64,000 nt of DNA, taken from Armatimonadota bacterium. Lineage in GTDB: Bacteria > Armatimonadota > SYMT01. The stretch's first letter is position 1; each line of letters starts with the position of its first letter. Made by a program: the position numbers and the translations under genes. Where the stretch lies: positions 992,001 to 1,056,000 of the forward strand of contig JAWLHY010000001.1 of assembly GCA_041690135.1 (NCBI GenBank), in the 5' to 3' direction. This document shows positions 38,620 through 47,765 of this stretch, piece by piece. Below the pieces are notes generated by a model. That model had not been told where the DNA came from. It worked only from the letters and a program-made list of their open reading frames with translations, and did not search any database.

Positions 38620-40334
38620 TGCCGGTTCCGATCCGCATCCTGCGCGTCGGTGGCCTTCACGCCCAGCCGCGGCAGGCCCGCCAGGATGACCTCCTCCCCC
38701 TCCTTCAGGCCCGAGGTCACTTCGGTCCGCGAGCCGTCGTCGACCGCGATGGTGACCACGCGCGTCTCCACCCGCTCCTTGCCCTGCTTCTCGCGGTGCA
38801 AGACGTAGACGATGTTGCGGGTGATCTCCCGGTGGACGGCTTCGGAAGGGATTAGCAACCGCTCCTTGCGGCGCCCCAGGATCAGCGTTACATCCGCGGT
38901 CATGTCCGGCCGGAGCAGGCCCCCACTATCGTCCAGGGCGATCGTCGTTTCGTAGGTCACAACGTTGTCCTTAACGGTGGAGGCGCTAGCCGCCTTCGTC
39001 ACCCGGCCCTGGAAGACGCGGTCGGGGAACGACTCCACCCGAATCTCCGCCGGGAGACCGATCCGCACTTTCCCGATATCGACCTCGTCCACGTACGCCC
39101 GCACCTCCAGCCGCTTGAGGTCCGCGACCGTGATCAGCGTGGGGGTGGCGAACCCCGCGGCCACCGTTTCCCCCTGCTGGGTGGTGATGGTCAACACCGT
39201 GCCGGTGATCGGTGAGCGGATCACGGTGCGCGCGAGCTGGACTTCCTGGTAGTCGAGGAGTGCCTGGGCCTGTTTGAGACTGGCGCGCGCCTGCACCACG
39301 GCGGAACTGGCCTCCTTCACCGCCTGGAGACGCACGGTGTTCTGGGTCAGGCCGGTTTTGCGTAATTCCAGCGAGGCTTCCGATTGGCGCACGGTCTCCT
39401 GAGCGCTGCCCGCTTCCGCGGCGCGGAGTTGGTTCTGTAGTTGACCGGCGCGGGCCGCAGTTAGGGCAGCCTCCGCCTGGACCACCTGGTTGCGGGCCGT
39501 CTGGAGGTCCGCCTCGACCTTCTCCTTCACCACTCGCTGGCTGGCCTCGGCGTTCTTAAGGCGCGCCGACGAAAGCCGGAAGGCGGTCCGGGCGTTGTCA
39601 CGGTCCTGCTGGGAAGTGAAACCCAGTTGATAGAGGCGCTCCTGCCGCTGCAGCACCCGCTGGTCGTTCTCCACGCTGGCCTTTGCTTCATCGATGGACG
39701 CCTGGGCCTGCACGAGTTGGAGATTCACCGTTTGCTTGACCTGCTGCTCCTGGGCTTTCGAGGTAGACAGGGCCGCCTCGGCGCGGGCGATCTCGGCGGA
39801 AGTCTGCGTGGGCTGGTACTCCGCGGCCGCCTCGGACATGCGCAAACGCTCCGTCGCCGCCTTCAGGGCGAAGTCGGCCTCCCGGATCTGCGCTTCCGTT
39901 TGCTCCTCGGTGAGGCGGGCATTTAGACGGGCCTGTTCCAGGCGACTTTCGGCCTGCTGCAGGTTGGCCTGGGCCACCGCCACGTTGTGCCGCTGTTGAT
40001 CCACCTGCGCCTGGAAGTCCGGCGCATCGATGACCGCGACCACCTGCCCCTCGCGCACGAGCGTCCCCACATCGGCGGGAAGGGAGGCGATCCGGCCGCT
40101 GATCTGCGTGCCGATGTTGACCCGGGCGCCTACCTGTGCGGAGACCACGCCGGTGGCGGTGATCTTCTGGTCGATGTCCCCACGCTCGACCTGCCCCACC
40201 TGGACGCCCTGCGGGAGCTTCTTGGCGTTCTCCGCACTCGCTCGCTGCTGCCAGAACCAGAACCCACCGCCGCCGGCAATAGCGACCAGAACCAAGATCC
40301 AACCCCACGAAACCCGGCGCTTCTTCGCGGCCAT
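38616..40334 (-). CDS. MacA-like periplasmic adaptor with long coiled coil
   Basis: N-terminal TM (MAAKKRR...WFWQQ), GTQISGRI lipoyl half, IRSPITG, VDEVDIGKV, LRPDMTA. Confidence 0.9.
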   Translation of the reverse strand: MAAKKRRVSWGWILVLVAIAGGGGFWFWQQRASAENAKKLPQGVQVGQVERGDIDQKITATGVVSAQVGARVNIGTQISGRIASLPADVGTLVREGQVVAVIDAPDFQAQVDQQRHNVAVAQANLQQAESRLEQARLNARLTEEQTEAQIREADFALKAATERLRMSEAAAEYQPTQTSAEIARAEAALSTSKAQEQQVKQTVNLQLVQAQASIDEAKASVENDQRVLQRQERLYQLGFTSQQDRDNARTAFRLSSARLKNAEASQRVVKEKVEADLQTARNQVVQAEAALTAARAGQLQNQLRAAEAGSAQETVRQSEASLELRKTGLTQNTVRLQAVKEASSAVVQARASLKQAQALLDYQEVQLARTVIRSPITGTVLTITTQQGETVAAGFATPTLITVADLKRLEVRAYVDEVDIGKVRIGLPAEIRVESFPDRVFQGRVTKAASASTVKDNVVTYETTIALDDSGGLLRPDMTADVTLILGRRKERLLIPSEAVHREITRNIVYVLHREKQGKERVETRVVTIAVDDGSRTEVTSGLKEGEEVILAGLPRLGVKATDAQDADRNRQ

Positions 40335-40544
40335 TCGCCCATGCCCCCACCACATACCCGACTCGCCGGATAAGTATAGAGGTGTGATGGAGACCCGACA
40401 ATCGGGCCGGCTGCACTGGGCGAGCAAGCACAGCCGGGGAGGTGGGATAGCACAGTGGACATGAGACACAGAGCGTTGCTCGGCGGCTGTATTGGGGGTA
40501 GATAGGAGGGGCAACCTCGATTGCCACCCACGAGGAGTTGAACC

Positions 40545-41606
40545 ATGAGCGAGCAGCCGGACAAGATTGGGGTCTTCGTGGCCGGCGGACCGGCGCCCGG
40601 GATTAACGGGGTGATCAAGGGCGTCGTCCAGGAGGCCCACAACGCGGGCCTGCGCGTCATCGGCTTTCAGGATGGGGCCGATGGCCTGGTCAACAAGCGG
40701 ATGGTGAACCTGACGCGCAGCCGGGTCGAGGACATCCACATCCTGGGCGGCAGCATCATCGGCACGTCGCGATACCGGATCAACGCCGACGGCAACGACC
40801 TCCGCCGGATATTGAAAAACCTCCAGGAGGAGGGCATCGATGGCCTCATCTCCATCGGCGGGGAGGGCACGTTGCAGTTCGCGGACGTGCTGCGCCGGGC
40901 CGGCGTGCCGGTGATCCATGTCCCCAAGACGATCGACAACGACATCGCGGGGGTGGATGAGACCTTTGGCTTCGATACGGCGGTCCACGAGGCCTCACGG
41001 ATGTTGACCGCCATCAAGTTGGACGCCGAGGCGGGCGACAACTGGTTCATCGTGGAGATCATGGGTCGCAACACGGGCCATCTGGCCCTGGAGGCCGGGC
41101 TGGCGGCCGGATGCACGCGGGTGTTAATTCCGGAAGACGGCCCCATCAGTGTGGACGAGCTGAGCGACACGATGCGGGCCCGGGCGCGCAGTGGGCGCAA
41201 CTGGGGCGTGATCCTGGTGGCGGAAGCTTCCCACTTCGGGCAGGGCGCCATCACCCGTTACGGGCGGCTAGGGGGCGTGTGTGACGAGTTGGCGATGCGC
41301 CTGGACGTTGCCTGCCATCTGAAGGGGCTTGCCTGTAAGATCCGGACGAGCAATCTCGGATACTTCCTGCGCTGCGCCGAGCCTACCGGTCACGACCGCG
41401 CTTACGCCGCCATGCTCGGCCTGGGTGCCGCGCGCTTCATTCTCGACCCGAGCCGCTCGGGGCAGATGGTGGTGGTCCGCGACGGGCAGTTGGACGGCCT
41501 GCCCATGGAAGAGGTTGCCGGCAAGATCAAGCCGGTGGACCGGAACGGGATCCTCTACCAGGCACTCAAAGCCGTCGAGAGTTACGAAGCCACTCCCAAG
41601 ACCTGA
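40545..41606 (+). CDS. pfkA: 6-phosphofructokinase (PfkA family, likely ATP-dependent)
   Basis: GGPAPGIN, GGEGT, PKTIDND, EIMGR. Confidence 0.9.
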   Translation: MSEQPDKIGVFVAGGPAPGINGVIKGVVQEAHNAGLRVIGFQDGADGLVNKRMVNLTRSRVEDIHILGGSIIGTSRYRINADGNDLRRILKNLQEEGIDGLISIGGEGTLQFADVLRRAGVPVIHVPKTIDNDIAGVDETFGFDTAVHEASRMLTAIKLDAEAGDNWFIVEIMGRNTGHLALEAGLAAGCTRVLIPEDGPISVDELSDTMRARARSGRNWGVILVAEASHFGQGAITRYGRLGGVCDELAMRLDVACHLKGLACKIRTSNLGYFLRCAEPTGHDRAYAAMLGLGAARFILDPSRSGQMVVVRDGQLDGLPMEEVAGKIKPVDRNGILYQALKAVESYEATPKT

Positions 41607-41756
41607 AACCCCATCCTGTCCATCTTGTCTGCTCCCTCCGCACCCAGGCGATACATCCCGGAACCGGCGCCTCCCAACTTTCGTCCTAGTGATGGATGAT
41701 CACAGTATCCCCGTCCCCCACTTTTGGTCGGACCTTACCGCCTCTCGGATAGACCC

Positions 41757-42086
41757 ATGGATCCACAGTATCTGCCGTACGTATGGCTGGGCGCTTCCCT
41801 GCTCGGCGCGGTGCTTCTCGATTTTGTGGTCGTGCGGATATTGCTGGACCTGGTCCGGCCTACGACGGCCTATGTCTTTTGGATCGGGCGGGCGGGTAAG
41901 CTGGTAGCGCTGCTGGGCTGGTGCGTGTTCTTCAACCGCTTCTGGTACCCGACCTACCTCGGGCAGGGAGCGGCTGCTCCGCCGATGCTCGGGGCGATCG
42001 AGTGGGCAGTGGCCGGGATCATGATCTTACTGGCGGCAACTTCTCTTCCTCGCGGCTTTGCCGGAAAGGGCACTCCGGATGCCTGA
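41757..42086 (+). CDS. Small membrane protein (about 3 TM helices)
   Basis: Three hydrophobic stretches; its stop overlaps the next start (ATGCCTGA). Confidence 0.7.
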   Translation: MDPQYLPYVWLGASLLGAVLLDFVVVRILLDLVRPTTAYVFWIGRAGKLVALLGWCVFFNRFWYPTYLGQGAAAPPMLGAIEWAVAGIMILLAATSLPRGFAGKGTPDA

Positions 42087-45000
42087 CACCCTCGTTATTG
42101 GCCTGGGCGGAGCCGGCGCGACGGTTTGCCGTCGCCTGCTGGAACGGATCATTCCCGCATTCGACAGCCCGGTTCCGGCCTTCGGGCGGGGAGTGCGCCC
42201 GCCGGACGTGCTGGTCCTGGATACCGACCGGGGGACCGGACAGGTGTTCGGGGACCGGAGCCTGGTGCTAACGGCGAACACCGCGGTCCTTGATGCCGCC
42301 TACCGGACGCCGGAACGGTTCCACGCGGAGTGGATCGACCGCCGCATCCTGCGGGGCCGCGGCTCTCTGGAGCAGGGCACCCGCGGCCAGCGGATGCTGG
42401 GGCGGTTCCTGTTCCTGCTGCCGGAAAACCGCGGCGCGGTCCGCGAGCGGATCGGCAAGTGGCTGAACAACCGTCCCGACAAGGAGGCGCCCGCGCGGGT
42501 CTATGTGGTGGCGGGCGCGTTCGGCGGCACCGGCGGCGGCGCATTGGTGGATCTCGGTTATCTGCTGCAGGACGCGGCCGCTCAGGCCGGGGCCGGGCTG
42601 GATGCGCGCGGCATCCTCTTCGTTCCCCCGCCGGGCGACGCGCAGACCTCCCCCAACAGCTTCGCGACTCTGACTGAGCTCCACTATTTCGCCGACCCGT
42701 TCACCCGCTACCGGGCGCACCTCGACGACAGCGACACTCCCTTCGAAACCCGCCGCGCGCCCTATTCGCGGGTGAGCCTGCTGACCTCCGTCACTCCGGA
42801 AGGCGGCACGCTGCCGCTGGTCGAGCTGCAGGAGCGGGCCAGCGTGTACCTGTTGACTGCAACTATGGCGGACGACGGCCACTGGGAGAAGGAACGGGGG
42901 CAGCGCGAAGGCCAGATCCACGCGGTGGATACCGACGGAAACCCGCAGGTCTTCTCCACCTTCGGTACGGAGTGGGTCGAGTATCCGGAAGATCGCCTGG
43001 TCAGCGCCGTCTACCGCAACCTGGTCCGGCGCTCGCTGGTCCCGTGGCTTTCCGGCGATCATCCCGTGAGCGTGGCGGATATGCGTCCGGACCTGCCGAT
43101 GACCGACCCCGAGGCGCTTGCGGCGCGGATGGTGCCGGTGCGCCCGGGCGATGAGCCGCCGGAGGCGATCTACCGCCCGGTGAAGACCCGGCTCCCGTGG
43201 ATCCACAAGGCGCCCGCGCACCAGTGGAACGTGATGGACCAGGAGTTGACGGCGCAGCTTACCGAGGCGACCGGAATCCCTCCCTCTCCGGGGCGTCCGG
43301 GCAAGGGGCCGGTGGCGGAGAAATACCGGGCCTTGCGGGAGGAGGCCCTGGCCGGTTTCCGCCAGCGGGCGCGGGACCGGATGTGCCAGGAGAACACGAG
43401 CCTGGAGCGCGTCGCTCGGGCCCTGAACGAGGCCGCCGCCGAGCTGCGGACCCAGGTCGATCCCGTGGCCCAGTGGGACGGCGCCCGGCAGGCCGGCGAG
43501 ATGGCCCGGAGGCGGGTCTTGTGGTGCGGCGCCGCCGTCCGCAAGGACCCCTTCCTCTTCTTCTGGCGCCGGGTCGCGCTGCAGAAGCTGGCCCTCGATT
43601 ACGATCGCATCGCCCGCCTGTACATCTTCTCCCACTTCCAGGCCTCCACGCTCCCCTACCTCAAGGAGCTGCGGGAGTTCCTGCTCGAGCCCGTGCGGAC
43701 TTGGGCGGGACGAATCGGCGAGGCGGGCGCCCTGTTCGCCAAGCTGAGCCGCGCCTGGGCGGACCACGAATCCGCCATGCTGGAGCGCCTCCGGAAGGAT
43801 GAGGAAGAGCACCGCCTGGCGCTGGGAATGCTGCGTCTACCCGGCGCGGAGACGCCCTACGTCGCCAACTCCGGGTGGAACCTCCCCTATTGCCGCCCGG
43901 AAGATGAAAAGGCGGCCATCCGGGACCTGCGGGCCGGTTGGATCCAGCTCCTCGTCGACCGCGAGGACGGGATCCTGGCGCTCCCCGGCCGGTCGGTCCT
44001 GGACGGCACCGCCGCGGAGACCCGGGAAGACCGCCTTCCCTGGCTGATGCCGTCTTCGTACTCGGCGCTCCCCGAGGCGGCGACCGCGCAGATGCGGCAG
44101 GTGGTCAGCCTGATCGACCGGGAGCTGCGCACTCGCCTGGAAGACCGGCTCCGCACCTGGCTTTCCGCCACGGCCTTCCAGCGCCTGGCCGAGCAGCACC
44201 GCGACCCGATCCAGCTCGAGTTCGAGCTGCGGCGGATGGTGAACGTTTCCAGCGAGCTGCCGGCGCTGGAGCCGCCGCATGCCCGGCCGGCTGGTCTCCC
44301 GCCGGAGTATCAGCTCATTTTCTTCAGCGATTTGAAGACCGGGCAGGTGCCTTCGGCGCTGAACATGGTGGTGGACGGAGCCAACCAGGAACATCCCACG
44401 TGCCTGGTGCCGTCGCGCTCTCCGCACTACCTCACCGCCGTCACCGAACATGCCGGTTTCGCCCTCTCCCGCTGCCCCGCTTACCACCACCTGGAAGAGG
44501 TCTACCGGGAATGGTACCGGCGATTGGATGCGGAAGTCCCGCTTCCGTTCAGCCGCGCGGACGTGCCCTGGCTCTCCGCTACGCTCGTAACGGGAGAACG
44601 GATGCGCGCGGCGTCCGACGTGCTCCTTCTCGCCCTGGCACTCGGAATTCTGCATTCCGGGCCGGATGGTCAGATCCCCCTTCCGGGCAACATCATCGCG
44701 CCCGAACCGCGCGAGCCCCGGTTTCCGCTGCCCGGAGAGTTCGATCTCGCGGTGCGCCAGCTCGCCGGAGATACGGCCGCCCTGGCAGCCGTAGCCCAGG
44801 CCGTCGATCGGGCGGTCCAGGGACGCGGTGCTTCCTGGTGCTCGCTTCAGGTCGAGCGAGCCCTGCGCGGCGAGTTGACGCTGCCGGTCACCTTTCCCGG
44901 CACCAACCCCCTGCTGCAGCACCGGTCGCTCCGGCTGGCGGCCCAGCGGGCCGTGTCAAGATACGAGGACTTGCTGGAAGAGTTCGCGGGCACGCCCACC

Positions 45001-46344
45001 GCGCGCGACAGCCAGTGGCTCGCCGTGGGGCCGCGGCACTACTGCCCGGCTTGCGCCCAGGACCTGGGCGAAAGTGCCGAGGCGCTGCCCGGGTTCTGCC
45101 CCAGTTGTCGCGAGCCGCTGCTGCTCCACAAGGCGCACAACGTGGCGGCCTCGGACGGCTTCCGGCGCATTCCCAACCCGTTCGTCGTCGGCACGCCGCT
45201 CGAGACGGGCACGAACGTCTTCGTGGGTCGCGAGGACATCGTCCAGCAGATCCGCGACCGCCTCATCCGGCCGGCGCAGCGGACGATTCTGATTCTCATC
45301 GGCGAGCGGCGCTGCGGCAAGACCTCCGCGCTCCGCCAGTTAAAGAACCAGCAGTTGGGCGACCTGCATCCCCTCTTCATCGACATGCAGGGCCTCACCG
45401 CCACGGATCTCCCCGGGTTTGTCTGGTGGCTCGCCTGGCGGATGAAGGACGCGCTGGACGAGCGGGGCGTGCAGGTCGAGTTGCCGACCTGGGAACAGTT
45501 CAGCTCCAACCCACCGGACTACCAGTTCGAGACGGTAATCCTGCCCGAGGTGCGCCGGAAGCTGCAGGGCGGTCGCGTCCTCCTGATGCTGGACGAGTTC
45601 GAAGTGCTCGCCCAGCGCGTGATCAACGGCACCTTCGACTCCCGTGCCTTCGACTACATCCGTCACCTGATGCAGCACGGCGAGGGCATCGAGTTCCTGT
45701 TTGCCGGCACCCACGTGCTGCGGCAGTTCGCGGCGAACTACGTCACCTTCCTGTTCAACATCGGCGTGTTCCTCGGAGTCGACTTCCTGCGCCCGCAGGA
45801 CGCGCTCCGGCTGGTCCAGGAGCCGGTTCAGGCCGCGGGGGTCACTTACACCGAAGAGGCCCTTGCGTCGATCCTGGAGTTGGGCGGGGCGCATCCCTAC
45901 TTCTCGCAGATGTTCGGGTTCCACCTGGTGGAGCGGTTGAACCGCCTGCGGAAGCGGAACGTGACCCGCGACGATGTGGAAGAAGAGGCCGGACCCGTGA
46001 TCGCCGCGGCGGGCGCTCACCTCGACCACGTGTGGGGCCAGCTTGGCGGCGCGGATCGCCTGCTGATCTCCTTCTTCACCGACTTCTGTCCGCGCGGGAA
46101 GTGGGCGCGTGAGGATGAGTTGCTGGCCGCCGCCATCCGTGACGATTCCACGCTTCGCCCGTTCATCTTCCGCACCGCCGTGGAGAAACTGATGGCCGTT
46201 GGCCTGCTCCGCGCGCGGCAGGAAAACACGGACGACGGCCGGCAGGTGCGCACGCTCGCCCTCACGGCCGAGGTCTACCGCCAGTGGCTGCAGACTTCTC
46301 ATGGTTACAGTCGCCTGCGGGAAGAGGGCGTGACCTGGGAGTAG
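42079..46344 (+). CDS. Tubulin/FtsZ-like (Tubulin_2-type) GTPase domain + helical region + Zn ribbon + STAND-type AAA+ ATPase/wHTH
   Basis: VIGLGGAG, VLDTD, GTRGQRMLGR, GGTGGG, NSFATLTEL; CPAC..CPSC; NPFVVG..FVGRE, GERRCGKTS, LLMLDEFE, GAHPY. Confidence 0.85.
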   Translation: MPDTLVIGLGGAGATVCRRLLERIIPAFDSPVPAFGRGVRPPDVLVLDTDRGTGQVFGDRSLVLTANTAVLDAAYRTPERFHAEWIDRRILRGRGSLEQGTRGQRMLGRFLFLLPENRGAVRERIGKWLNNRPDKEAPARVYVVAGAFGGTGGGALVDLGYLLQDAAAQAGAGLDARGILFVPPPGDAQTSPNSFATLTELHYFADPFTRYRAHLDDSDTPFETRRAPYSRVSLLTSVTPEGGTLPLVELQERASVYLLTATMADDGHWEKERGQREGQIHAVDTDGNPQVFSTFGTEWVEYPEDRLVSAVYRNLVRRSLVPWLSGDHPVSVADMRPDLPMTDPEALAARMVPVRPGDEPPEAIYRPVKTRLPWIHKAPAHQWNVMDQELTAQLTEATGIPPSPGRPGKGPVAEKYRALREEALAGFRQRARDRMCQENTSLERVARALNEAAAELRTQVDPVAQWDGARQAGEMARRRVLWCGAAVRKDPFLFFWRRVALQKLALDYDRIARLYIFSHFQASTLPYLKELREFLLEPVRTWAGRIGEAGALFAKLSRAWADHESAMLERLRKDEEEHRLALGMLRLPGAETPYVANSGWNLPYCRPEDEKAAIRDLRAGWIQLLVDREDGILALPGRSVLDGTAAETREDRLPWLMPSSYSALPEAATAQMRQVVSLIDRELRTRLEDRLRTWLSATAFQRLAEQHRDPIQLEFELRRMVNVSSELPALEPPHARPAGLPPEYQLIFFSDLKTGQVPSALNMVVDGANQEHPTCLVPSRSPHYLTAVTEHAGFALSRCPAYHHLEEVYREWYRRLDAEVPLPFSRADVPWLSATLVTGERMRAASDVLLLALALGILHSGPDGQIPLPGNIIAPEPREPRFPLPGEFDLAVRQLAGDTAALAAVAQAVDRAVQGRGASWCSLQVERALRGELTLPVTFPGTNPLLQHRSLRLAAQRAVSRYEDLLEEFAGTPTARDSQWLAVGPRHYCPACAQDLGESAEALPGFCPSCREPLLLHKAHNVAASDGFRRIPNPFVVGTPLETGTNVFVGREDIVQQIRDRLIRPAQRTILILIGERRCGKTSALRQLKNQQLGDLHPLFIDMQGLTATDLPGFVWWLAWRMKDALDERGVQVELPTWEQFSSNPPDYQFETVILPEVRRKLQGGRVLLMLDEFEVLAQRVINGTFDSRAFDYIRHLMQHGEGIEFLFAGTHVLRQFAANYVTFLFNIGVFLGVDFLRPQDALRLVQEPVQAAGVTYTEEALASILELGGAHPYFSQMFGFHLVERLNRLRKRNVTRDDVEEEAGPVIAAAGAHLDHVWGQLGGADRLLISFFTDFCPRGKWAREDELLAAAIRDDSTLRPFIFRTAVEKLMAVGLLRARQENTDDGRQVRTLALTAEVYRQWLQTSHGYSRLREEGVTWE

Positions 46345-46377
46345 GCACGTAACCGGTCCCACCCCAAGGCGTCGGAG

Positions 46378-47667
46378 CTAAATGCCAGGGGTGGGACCGG
46401 TGTAGCCGGTCAGCTCCACGTATCCAACCCCGGCCACCGGCACATTGCGGTCCTTCCCTTCCACCCGCACGCTGCCTTCCCAGTAGGTGATCCCCGTGCT
46501 CTTGCCGGTGGTCAACTCCTGGTCCGCCACCGTGGGGGTCAGTTGGAGGTCGATCCCTTCTTCCGGGACTTTCACCTGCCACGCCGCGGGATAGACCGCG
46601 CCGGACTTCGAGCTCTTCCAGCTCTTCTGGTTCTCGATCTGGAAGGCGGCGAGGGGGAGGTGCTTCCAGGTGCCGTCCGCCTGCACGACCGTGCCACTCG
46701 ACATCGGCTCGATGCCGCCGCCCTGGAGGCGCAGGACGTACAGCATCAACTCGCGGCCGTTGTCGAGTTGCAGACTGAACCAGTCCCAGCCCTTCTGCAC
46801 CGGCGTTAACTGGTTGCTGCCGAACTCGTGGTCCATCCAGGAAAGACCCGTCACCTGCAGCTTCTCGCCCTGGAACGTCAGGGTGCCGGAAGTCTCCAGG
46901 CGGGTCATCGAATAGTAGTGCGAGGCGCGCCCCAGGCCGGCCGACTTCTGGCTGACCCCGTCGTGCCCGTGGACCACCGGCGCTTTTGCCGGGTGGAGGT
47001 CCAGCTCGATGGCGAACTCCGGGGCCGAGGCCCGAAGCCGGTGGGTCAGGTCATCGGCCAAGAGCTGCGCCGACCAGTCGTGGACCCACACATGGTAGCG
47101 GTCGGTGCGCGCCCCCGCCATTCCCAGGGCCGGGCGGCTGATTTGCTCCGTAAAGCGGAAGGTCCGCTGGTTCTCATCCGTAAGGGTGAAGTGCGCAAAG
47201 TAAAGCGTGTGCAGCGCCCAGGCGGACCGGCTCCGCTTCCGCTCCGGATCGATGCCCACCTGGAAAAAGGTCAACTCGAAGCCGAACTTCCGCTTCCCCT
47301 TCGCCAGGTGCCCCGTGTAATACCACCACTCCGTCTGGAACTCCGGGTGCGCCGCGTGATCCCGCGGGAAGTTGAACTGGTAGCCCGGAAGCGCCAGGAG
47401 ATACCCCCCTTCGGGATTAGGATTAGGATTAGGATGAAGATGAGTATTAGGAGCGGCGGGGGGCTGAGGCGGCGGTGTTCTTGCACCTGATGGATGTTTG
47501 GGTCCGGATCGATCGATGCTGGGGGACGCTTCCGAACTGGTCCGAGGAGGGGTGCCACGCGCCGGGAGGGCCGTTGGCGACGTTGCCGAGTATGCCACGG
47601 TGGCGGCGACCACGGTTCCCAACGCCAGGACTGCTCCGAGTATGCTTTTGAGGCCAATCTGAATCAC
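46378..47667 (-). CDS. AttH/CrtC-like lipocalin-fold secreted hydrolase
   Basis: FPRDHAAHPEFQTEWWYYTG, SHYYS, WMDHEF, GWDWFSLQL, YWEG, GYVELTGY. GTG start chosen before the signal-like segment (start uncertain). Confidence 0.85.
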   Translation of the reverse strand: MIQIGLKSILGAVLALGTVVAATVAYSATSPTALPARGTPPRTSSEASPSIDRSGPKHPSGARTPPPQPPAAPNTHLHPNPNPNPEGGYLLALPGYQFNFPRDHAAHPEFQTEWWYYTGHLAKGKRKFGFELTFFQVGIDPERKRSRSAWALHTLYFAHFTLTDENQRTFRFTEQISRPALGMAGARTDRYHVWVHDWSAQLLADDLTHRLRASAPEFAIELDLHPAKAPVVHGHDGVSQKSAGLGRASHYYSMTRLETSGTLTFQGEKLQVTGLSWMDHEFGSNQLTPVQKGWDWFSLQLDNGRELMLYVLRLQGGGIEPMSSGTVVQADGTWKHLPLAAFQIENQKSWKSSKSGAVYPAAWQVKVPEEGIDLQLTPTVADQELTTGKSTGITYWEGSVRVEGKDRNVPVAGVGYVELTGYTGPTPGI

Positions 47668-47765
47668 TTCGGCTTTGTCCCTATCGCCCGGCGACAGCAC
47701 GCCGGCGCTTTTCCCGTTCCCTATTCGCTCTATTCGCGTTATTCGCGGATCGCTTCCCTTCCCGA

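Noticed and set aside
40335-40988. N-terminal extension of the 790-aa adaptor ORF
   Set aside because: Overlaps pfkA antisense; the real start is likely MAAKKRR at 40334.
42079-43000. Cell-division ftsZ
   Set aside because: No dcw context, no recognisable FtsZ T7 NxDFAD motif, and fused to more than 1000 aa of other domains.
43938-46112. 724-aa alternative-frame ORF inside the tubulin-STAND gene
   Set aside because: Low-complexity Arg/Pro/Ala/Gly translation typical of off-frame GC-rich sequence.
46378-47667. Carotenoid hydratase crtC as part of a carotenoid cluster
   Set aside because: The context is an AttEFGH-like ABC operon with no crt genes.
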